Below are positions 10,049 to 17,232 of a stretch of DNA of 64,000 nt, one piece after another. The notes under the pieces were generated by a model. The model was not told the DNA's origin. It made no database searches and was given only the letters and a program-made list of their open reading frames with translations. Source of the stretch: Bacteroides sp. (GTDB lineage Bacteria > Bacteroidota > Bacteroidia > Bacteroidales > UBA7960). The DNA is taken from assembly GCA_036351255.1 (NCBI GenBank), contig JAZBOS010000115.1:3374-67373 (forward strand), read 5' to 3'. The stretch's first letter is position 1. Each line of letters opens with the position of its first letter. The position numbers and the translations under genes are program-made.

Positions 10049-11290
10049 TTAAAGTTCAATGAGTTTTAACTCATCCGCATTTTCAGGAATGGTCAGCAAC
10101 ACCTGGTCGCCTTCTTTCAGGCCTTCCACAATAATGATTTGGTTTTCATTCCGCAGCCCAACAGAAACTTCCTTCTTCACCACTTTGTTGTGGTCCTGGA
10201 GGTACACCCAGGTCAGATCGTTATCGCCGTGAATGGCTTCAATAGCCACAAACAACACATCTTCCTCCACGTGGGTGATGATGGTGTTCTTGGTGGTCAT
10301 GGCCGGCCGGAGGATGGTATCCGCCTCGTTGATCTGGATCTTCACCTCAAACACCCGCGCGTCCTGGTTGGGGCGTTGCTCGCCGATATTAGCCACTTCG
10401 GTCACGAAGCCCGTAAACTTCTTTTCGGGGAAGGCATCCACGACCACTTCGGCGGGCTGGTTGGGCTTCACCTTGCTGATGTCGACTTCATTGACAAAGG
10501 TTCGCGACATCATCACGGAGAAATCGGGCAGGGTTGCCACCACATTGTCCCAGGTACTGATCTGCGATCCGATGGTGACCTTGGTGCCATCCCAGTTGCG
10601 ACGGTAAATCACCATGCCATCCTGGGGGGCAGAAATCACAAAATCGTCGATCACCGAAACGATGTTATCATACCGGCGCTGGATTTGACTGAGGGAAGCG
10701 TTGACTTCCTGCATCTTGGCCTGTGCCTGCCGCTGACGCAATTCATAATTGGTCTTGGCCTGGTCGTAGGCCCGCTGCGCCTTATCCAGATTAATTTCCG
10801 CCTGACGGATGGTTGCCGGGGGCTCAAAACGCGACTGGTCGAGGGAAATTTGCGCCTCCTCAAAGCTGAACTCGAGGTTGATCAGGTCATTGCGCGCATT
10901 GCGAAGATCCATAGTGGTGTCAAGCATGGTCTGCGTATGCATGGTCTGCAGTTTTTCCAGCTCGGTTTCCACATCTTTCAGGCGGCTGGTGATTTCGGTG
11001 CGGTCGAGCGTAGCCACCCAGTCGCCTTCATCTACAACGGTTCCCTCGGGAATCAACTCAGCAATCTGGACGTTATAAACCCCTACCGAACGCAAATTGG
11101 AAGGCCCTTGAATTTCTTCCGAATTCTTGGCCTCCAGCTCACCGCTGGTGTAAACCGTGATCTTAAAATCGCCGCGCTCAACCGGAACAGTAATGGTCTC
11201 AACCACTACCGGTTCAGAACGTAAAAAATACCACAGCGCTGCAAGGATTATTATCCCCAGGCTGATCAGGATCCATTTCTTTTTTATCAT
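10049..11290 (-). CDS. HlyD/MacA-family periplasmic adaptor subunit
   Basis: N-terminal transmembrane anchor, a coiled-coil hairpin region, and barrel-sandwich motifs. It sits immediately upstream of the FtsX permease on the same strand. Confidence 0.85.
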   Translation of the reverse strand: MIKKKWILISLGIIILAALWYFLRSEPVVVETITVPVERGDFKITVYTSGELEAKNSEEIQGPSNLRSVGVYNVQIAELIPEGTVVDEGDWVATLDRTEITSRLKDVETELEKLQTMHTQTMLDTTMDLRNARNDLINLEFSFEEAQISLDQSRFEPPATIRQAEINLDKAQRAYDQAKTNYELRQRQAQAKMQEVNASLSQIQRRYDNIVSVIDDFVISAPQDGMVIYRRNWDGTKVTIGSQISTWDNVVATLPDFSVMMSRTFVNEVDISKVKPNQPAEVVVDAFPEKKFTGFVTEVANIGEQRPNQDARVFEVKIQINEADTILRPAMTTKNTIITHVEEDVLFVAIEAIHGDNDLTWVYLQDHNKVVKKEVSVGLRNENQIIIVEGLKEGDQVLLTIPENADELKLIEL

Positions 11291-11621
11291 AACAATTCAA
11301 ATAGATAGTATTAATAAGCATTTTCGTGGCTATACCCGAACCTGCAAATTTATCAGAAAACCCCTCAAAAATCACGAAAACCCGTTCATTCTGTAAAAAT
11401 AATAACAAATCAGACCTTTTGAAAGCAAAGTAATAAACAACTTACTCATGAAACTATTTTAGTCAACCCATTGCTTATCAACCCCTTAAGTAGAATTATT
11501 TATTCAGCGGTTTTAACCAGAGCTATATAATTATCTTGTTGGTGTACATTTTATAATTATTTGACGATGATTTTTTTTGATTTTTTTTGAATAAAATGTT
11601 TGTTTCAAAAGTTTTTTTATT

Positions 11622-11629
11622 TAAATTTG
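11622..11629 (+). promoter_or_regulatory. Candidate -7 promoter box (TAAATTTG)
   Basis: TAnnTTTG match 43 nt upstream of the ATG at 11672, in an AT-rich divergent intergenic region. Confidence 0.35.
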
Positions 11630-11671
11630 GTCTAAATAAGAATAACATCCTCTCACTAAAAATTGACAATT

Positions 11672-12217
11672 ATGAAAAAAGTACTTTTAACAAGCATATT
11701 CGGGCTCTTTCTTTTTGCTGGAACCGGACTGGTATTATTTGCAGACGAACCTGTAGCCAAAGAGACCAAAACTGAACAAGCGTGTTGTGAGGCAGCAGCC
11801 AAAACAGCTGAAGCCGGATGCACCAGCACACCGGCAGTCCAAACCGCCAGTACCCAGGCAGCAGCAAGCGATTGCGGTAGCAGCGCTACCCAGACAGCCA
11901 ATGCAACCAAAGCCGCTGACTGCAGCAGCACGGCCGTTCAGACTGCCAGCACCTCTGCTGCCGGTGATTGCGGAACTCCTGCCGTTCAGACTGCCAGCAC
12001 TTCAGCTGCCAGTGATTGCGGGACTCCTGCCGTTCAAACTGCCGCCACCAGCGCCACAGGCGATTGCGGAACCCCCGCAGTGCAAACTGCAGCTGTCAAA
12101 GCTGCCGGCGATTGCGGAAGCCCAGCGGTACAAACCGTACAAACCACTGAAGCCGTTACCGGCGACTGTGTGAAGCGCCCGGCAGGCATCAGCCCTCAGC
12201 GTGCTGAAAACCGATAA
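11672..12217 (+). CDS. Secreted Ala/Thr/Ser-rich protein with about seven 15-aa repeats, each carrying one Cys
   Basis: Signal peptide MKKVLLTSIFGLFLFAGTGLVLFA, followed by repeats of DCG(T/S)PAVQTA(S/A)xxAxG. I did not recognise a family. Confidence 0.6.
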   Translation: MKKVLLTSIFGLFLFAGTGLVLFADEPVAKETKTEQACCEAAAKTAEAGCTSTPAVQTASTQAAASDCGSSATQTANATKAADCSSTAVQTASTSAAGDCGTPAVQTASTSAASDCGTPAVQTAATSATGDCGTPAVQTAAVKAAGDCGSPAVQTVQTTEAVTGDCVKRPAGISPQRAENR

Positions 12218-12256
12218 AAATTTCTCCTGATTCGTATCCTGTATTTTGGTGGATGA

Positions 12257-12292
12257 CCGCTCCGGCAGCAATGTCGGTGCGGTTTGTTTTTT
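12257..12292 (+). terminator. Rho-independent terminator candidate
   Basis: Stem ccgctccggca/tgtcggtgcgg with one mismatch, followed by tttgtttttt. Confidence 0.5.
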
Positions 12293-12366
12293 CCGGCCCG
12301 ACATCCTGATTGTTAATTCATACAGACAGGAAAGGGTTCATTTTTAGGTCACCCCTGCCTTCCAGG

Positions 12367-12460
12367 ATCCAGGGTCGTATCAGGGTCGAACTTTAAACGT
12401 AGTTTAAACGGGTCATAAACGTTTTAAAACGTTTATGACCCGTTTATGATACGGTCGAAC
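12367..12460. repeat. Intergenic 11-bp-phased palindromic element, copy A
   Basis: Perfect 40-bp palindrome at 12406-12445. The G of each CpG falls at 12377, 12388, 12399, 12410, 12421, 12431, 12442 and 12453, giving spacings of 11, 11, 11, 11, 10, 11, 11. The direct repeat ggtcgaac occurs at 12384-12391 and 12453-12460. Confidence 0.85.
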
Positions 12461-12599
12461 AAAGAATTTGATCCAAACAAGATTCGGTGCTGAACCCTTT
12501 ACGAAACAGAATTGACAATTGCCGCATTCCAATCCGGGAAAAATGGAGAGAATGATCGGCCTCACTTCAGGAAATGAAATCGCTTTGGGCTGATTTTCC

Positions 12600-12607
12600 T
12601 ATTTTTG
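12600..12607 (+). promoter_or_regulatory. Candidate -7 promoter box (TATTTTTG)
   Basis: TAnnTTTG match 16 nt upstream of the ATG at 12623. It overlaps the track's TTG start at 12605, which argues against that start. Confidence 0.4.
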
Positions 12608-12622
12608 CAAAAAAACCACCCT

Positions 12623-13003
12623 ATGGTCCATACATTGAAACCCGGCATCAAAGGAAAATCTAGTTTGAAGGTAACGCCAAAGGATACGGCCGAAGCCTAC
12701 GGATCGGGCATCGTAGCGGTCTTTTCCACGCCTGCCATGATCGGGCTGATGGAAAACACCGCCCACCTCAGCGTGCAGCCTTTCCTGGAAGAAGGATTCA
12801 TTACAGTAGGCACAGAAGTCAATATCCGCCACATCAAGGCCACCCCCGTGGGAATGACCGTCACGGCTGAGTGCGAGCTCCTGGAAGTGGAAGGCAATAA
12901 ACTTAGTTTCCGCGTAAGCGCTTATGACGAAAAAGGGCAGATCGGCATGGGAACGCACACCCGATATGTGGTGCATGCCGAAAGCTTCCTGAAAAAGATT
13001 TAA
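12623..13003 (+). CDS. Hotdog-fold thioesterase family protein
   Basis: The sequence ...YGSGIVAVFSTPAMIGLMENTA...VGTEVNIRHIKATPVGMTVTAECELLEVEGNKLSF resembles the small thioesterase (FlK-like) family. Confidence 0.75.
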   Translation: MVHTLKPGIKGKSSLKVTPKDTAEAYGSGIVAVFSTPAMIGLMENTAHLSVQPFLEEGFITVGTEVNIRHIKATPVGMTVTAECELLEVEGNKLSFRVSAYDEKGQIGMGTHTRYVVHAESFLKKI

Positions 13004-13132
13004 GGTTAGGGGTTTGTAGTTAGGGGTTCAAGCCTGCCTGCTGGCAGGCAGGGTTCAATGTTCCAGGTTTCAGGTTTTCCCCTTGCTCCATGCACAATGC
13101 CCCACGCCTCATGCTTTATTTTTCATTTTTCA

Positions 13133-15970
13133 TTATTCATTCTCACCTTCTTCCCCTGCCCGGATGCGGTCGGCGCGTTGCCGGGCTTCGCTGACAATGC
13201 GCTGGGCATTGCTTTCGCCTTCCTGTTCCACCTGTGCGGCTCGCTGATCAGCTTCGCGGATAAGGGCTTCACCGGCACGGCGGGCTGCTGCTTTGGCGAT
13301 GGGGCCTGAAGCTTCGTTCTCGAGGCGCTGGGCCTGGTCGCGGGCTTCCTTGCGGATGCGTTCGGCCGCTGAGGTTGCCTCGCGCCTGAGGTTATCGGCC
13401 TGACGCTGTGCTTGCTGCATGATCTGATCGGCCCGGGCATCGAGTTCAGCCTGGACCTTTTGGCGGGCGTCATCAACTTCCTCCTGCACGCGGTCCTCTG
13501 CCTGCTCACGCACAACCTGAACTTCATCCAGCACGCGCTGCTCAAGCTGGTCGCGAACTTGCCCCGTCAAATCATCCATCAGCCCCGAGAGGCCAAAGCT
13601 CACTTCAGGATTGGTAAAAGTGCCCCCAATGATCACATCCAGGTTTACCGTCTGGCCCGGGATGATATTCAAGCCCTTTCCCGCTGCCTGGTTCACCAGG
13701 TTATCGAGCACCTGGTTGGCAGCCCCGCCAAACTGCTCACGAGGCATTTCAATATTCATCACATAGCTGATGGTCTGATCGAAGAAGTTGCTGCCACTGA
13801 CCGTAGCCTTCGATTGCCCGAATTCCAGGTTGAAGGGACTCACATCCACCCTGCCGTCCTGAAATTCAAAACTGAGCATCAAGTCGCGAATGGAGATTTG
13901 ATTAAAAGCATCCACTCTGGTCAGGTCGGCCAGCTTGGTCATGGCTGGGCTACCCTCCAGTGACAAGGACGGTGAACTCATGCTGCCCGAGCCAGTGAGG
14001 CTTTCCAGTAAGGGCTTCAGGGAGTTATCGAGCATACTGCTCAGATTCAGTTTTCCTGAAATGTTACCCAGGGCATATTCCCCGACAGGAGCAAGTATCT
14101 GAAATGTGTTAAAGGCATTGAATGCCTGCTGAATGTCGAACTGCGAAATATCCAGGCCAAAATCCACTTCAGGTAAATCACCTGCAGTGCTGTAGGAGCC
14201 GTTCAGGGAAAGCGAACCCCCGAGCAGGTCCATGCTGAGGCCTTCAAGTATAGCCTTTTCATCAGCCAGGCGGATCATCCCTGCTGCATCGGTGATGTCA
14301 AGTTTGCCAAAGGCCAGGCGTTCGAAGCGTGAACGCAGGGTAAAGTCAATATTAGCGGGCACCTTGATCACAGACAGTTCGGTTGTATCTTCCGTTTCAT
14401 CTTCGGGCAGGCCTTCCATCAACTGGTTGAGGTTGAAGAAGTCGGAACGGGTTTCAAAGCTTCCCTTCAGTAACTGGTCATCGAGCAGGTAGCCCAGCAG
14501 GTTGTCAATTCGACCAGTAGCATTCAGGTCGCTCTCGCCCATCTTCAGGGAGAAGGCGGGGAGGCTAACGAACTGGGGCGAAAGCTGCAATTCAGCACGC
14601 GACACCTCCACGGTCTGGGGCAAATCGGGAGAGGCATACACCAGTTCATTCACCTTGAAATGCCCTTCGGCAAAGAAGTCCTGGTATTGTTTGTTTTCAA
14701 TGGCCGACAGTTTTCCGCGGGCCTGCAGGTCGCTGTCCAGGATGCCCCTCAGGGTGGTCCCTTCAGGCAGGGGGTAATAACGGCCGAGCTCACCCAGGTC
14801 GATGCGACCAATGAGCAGGGCATCTATATCCGGGTCACTGGCCGGTGTCTTCAGGGTCAGTTTGGCATCCAGTGGATTGCCGCCCAGGTTCATTTTCAAC
14901 ACAGGCAGGTCAACCACTGTCAAGTCAAGGTCCTTGCCGGGATTATCAACATTCAGCCTGAGCTGCACATTGCTCACCGAGGCCGGCAGATCAGGATACT
15001 GGAACATCCCGTCCTGTATGCCAAGCTTCAGGCCAAAGCCAGGCGTTTCATCATCATTATAAGTCCCCTTCACGAAACCCTCAAGCTCCATACTGCCGGA
15101 GGTCTTCAGGGCACTGAAGTCCTCGGTGTAAACGGCAGGAATGATGGACAGGAAGTTTTTGAAATCAGACTGAAGGGCACTGAAGGTAAAATCCATCACG
15201 ATATCGTCACCGGGAAGGGAAATCATCCCGTCGAAGCTCACGGGAAGTTCATTCAGCAAAAATTCATTGTCGCTGAAGGTGTAAACATAATCCACCAGAT
15301 TGGCTTCCATCTTAGCGGAAACCTTCCCCGCAATATTCGACAGGATTGGCAGCTGTCCGTAGCGCAGGCTGAAGGAACCTATGGTGGCATTGCGGGTAGA
15401 GATGTCGGTTACATCCAGGCTCAGGTCGCCCTTTAGAACTCCGTTCAGGTCATCAACATCCACATAAATTTCCCCCTCATCGTCAAGATAGGCAACTTTG
15501 CCCTCAGCGATCTTCACGCTTTTCAGGTGGAGCACAAAGGCTTCCTCATCAATAATTTCCTCTTCTTCCGTTTCCTTCATAATGTCCCAGTTAGCCGTAC
15601 CATCTTCCAGCACCTTCAGCAGAAGATCGGGCCGGGTGAGGCTGATTCTTTTGACCTCAAAGCCACCATCCCCGAAGAGGCTAAAGAGGTCGATGGTCAG
15701 GCGGGTGCGCTCGATGGCTACCAGGGTATCCTTTGCGAAGGGCTCCGCCCCGATGATCTTCAAATCGTTCATACCCAGTGAGGCATTGGGAAAGTTGCGG
15801 ATCAGCGACAGGCTAATGTCGCCGAGCTCAACGGTGGCGTTCAGGTTTTTATTGATCTCGGTTCTTACCTTTTCTACGATGCGCCCTTTAAAAGCAAAGG
15901 GCAAAATCAGGAGCAACAACAGGATAAAGGCAATAATGATGCCAGCAATTTTCAGCGTTTTCTTAACCAT
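13133..15970 (-). CDS. AsmA-family protein with a C-terminal charged helical tail
   Basis: N-terminal transmembrane anchor, a long beta-rich body typical of AsmA-like proteins, and a final 148 aa rich in E/R/Q/A. Confidence 0.75.
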   Translation of the reverse strand: MVKKTLKIAGIIIAFILLLLLILPFAFKGRIVEKVRTEINKNLNATVELGDISLSLIRNFPNASLGMNDLKIIGAEPFAKDTLVAIERTRLTIDLFSLFGDGGFEVKRISLTRPDLLLKVLEDGTANWDIMKETEEEEIIDEEAFVLHLKSVKIAEGKVAYLDDEGEIYVDVDDLNGVLKGDLSLDVTDISTRNATIGSFSLRYGQLPILSNIAGKVSAKMEANLVDYVYTFSDNEFLLNELPVSFDGMISLPGDDIVMDFTFSALQSDFKNFLSIIPAVYTEDFSALKTSGSMELEGFVKGTYNDDETPGFGLKLGIQDGMFQYPDLPASVSNVQLRLNVDNPGKDLDLTVVDLPVLKMNLGGNPLDAKLTLKTPASDPDIDALLIGRIDLGELGRYYPLPEGTTLRGILDSDLQARGKLSAIENKQYQDFFAEGHFKVNELVYASPDLPQTVEVSRAELQLSPQFVSLPAFSLKMGESDLNATGRIDNLLGYLLDDQLLKGSFETRSDFFNLNQLMEGLPEDETEDTTELSVIKVPANIDFTLRSRFERLAFGKLDITDAAGMIRLADEKAILEGLSMDLLGGSLSLNGSYSTAGDLPEVDFGLDISQFDIQQAFNAFNTFQILAPVGEYALGNISGKLNLSSMLDNSLKPLLESLTGSGSMSSPSLSLEGSPAMTKLADLTRVDAFNQISIRDLMLSFEFQDGRVDVSPFNLEFGQSKATVSGSNFFDQTISYVMNIEMPREQFGGAANQVLDNLVNQAAGKGLNIIPGQTVNLDVIIGGTFTNPEVSFGLSGLMDDLTGQVRDQLEQRVLDEVQVVREQAEDRVQEEVDDARQKVQAELDARADQIMQQAQRQADNLRREATSAAERIRKEARDQAQRLENEASGPIAKAAARRAGEALIREADQRAAQVEQEGESNAQRIVSEARQRADRIRAGEEGENE

Positions 15971-16052
15971 TTCTGTAATGCTTTAATGGGTTGTTTCAAA
16001 AATATTATATATCTGAAAACAGAATATCAGACGAAAGACCAGGCCTGTTCCC

Positions 16053-17135
16053 TTACAGGGATGCTACCTTATTTCGTAACAGGTGGTCGGCCAGGGTAAG
16101 CGCAGCCATGGCCTCGACAATGGGCACGGCGCGCGGCACCACACAGGGGTCGTGGCGGCCTTTGGCTTCAAGGGTCACCGCTTCGCCCTTTTTGTTGATG
16201 GTTTGCTGGGCCGATGCGATGGTGGCTACGGGCTTGAATGCCACCCTGAAATAAATAGGTTGTCCGTTGCTGATGCCCCCTTGAATCCCCCCCGAGCGGT
16301 TGGTGAGGGTTATCACCTCCCCATTGGGGCCTGTGCTGAAGGCATCGTTATGCTCGGAGCCTTTCATGGCGGCGGCCGAAAAGCCACTGCCATAGTCAAA
16401 GCCCTTCACGGCATTGATGCTGAGCATGGCTTTTCCAAGCTCGGCCTGCAGTTTATCGAAGACAGGTTCTCCCAGTCCTCCAGGCACGCCCCGCAACAAG
16501 CCGGTGATCACCCCGCCGGTGCTGTCGCCCGCAGCTTTCAGGTGTTCGATATATTCCATCATTTGGCTGGCGGCCGCAGGATCAGGACAGCGCAAGGGGT
16601 TGGACTCTATCTGATCTGGGTTTACGGTATCCTGATCCACCCGGGCTTCAAAAGGCCCGACAGCAGAAACCCAGGCCAGCACCTCGACCCCTGCCCTGGC
16701 CAGCAGCATTTTGGCCAGTGCCCCGGCTGCAACGCGGGCTGCGGTTTCACGGGCCGATGAGCGACCCCCGCCCCTGTGGTCGCGCAGGCCAAACTTCTTC
16801 TCCCAGGTATAGTCGGCGTGCGAAGGACGGTAGACATCTTTGAGCGCATTGTAATCTTTTGAACGTGTATCTTTGTTGCGGATCAGGAAGGCAATAGGAG
16901 TGCCCAGCGAGCGGCCTTCGAAGATTCCAGAAAGGAACTCCACCTGGTCCTCCTCGCTGCGGGGGGTGGTCAGGCTTGATTGCCCCGGGCGGCGGCGCGC
17001 CATATCCCTGGCCACCAGCGAGAGATCAATGTCAATACCGGCAGGGAAACCCTCCAGAATACCGCCAATAGCAAGACCATGCGACTCGCCAAAAGTCGTT
17101 AATTGTAACAGGCTTCCAAAGGTATTTCCCGACAT
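16053..17135 (-). CDS. aroC: Chorismate synthase
   Basis: Begins [20 protein letters not shown], with ...[16 protein letters not shown]...[18 protein letters not shown] further in. These are canonical AroC motifs. Confidence 0.95.
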   Translation of the reverse strand: MSGNTFGSLLQLTTFGESHGLAIGGILEGFPAGIDIDLSLVARDMARRRPGQSSLTTPRSEEDQVEFLSGIFEGRSLGTPIAFLIRNKDTRSKDYNALKDVYRPSHADYTWEKKFGLRDHRGGGRSSARETAARVAAGALAKMLLARAGVEVLAWVSAVGPFEARVDQDTVNPDQIESNPLRCPDPAAASQMMEYIEHLKAAGDSTGGVITGLLRGVPGGLGEPVFDKLQAELGKAMLSINAVKGFDYGSGFSAAAMKGSEHNDAFSTGPNGEVITLTNRSGGIQGGISNGQPIYFRVAFKPVATIASAQQTINKKGEAVTLEAKGRHDPCVVPRAVPIVEAMAALTLADHLLRNKVASL

Positions 17136-17232
17136 ATCACAAATTTAAGGTATTTTTGCTTTGCCTGAAAGATAAACATCTGGCGTCTTTTTCTTGTTTA
17201 ATTATTATCCTGTCAATCTATATTTTACATCA

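Noticed and set aside
10139-11224. 361-aa plus-strand ORF
   Set aside because: It is entirely antisense to the well-supported HlyD/MacA adaptor gene. Its composition is low-complexity (H/G/L/V-rich) with no motifs. This is a typical shadow ORF.
13004-13132. Direct repeats gttaggggtt (two copies) and the palindrome cctgcctgc-tg-gcaggcagg between convergent genes
   Set aside because: This is probably just a terminator-like hairpin for the convergent thioesterase and AsmA genes. It does not share the 11-bp CpG-phased architecture, and I could not find it repeated elsewhere.
17140-17147. TAAATTTG box on the minus strand only 5 nt upstream of the aroC ATG (would imply a leaderless mRNA)
   Set aside because: The position is too close to the start codon to call with confidence. 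It may belong to the divergent intergenic AT-rich context, so I did not report it as a feature.
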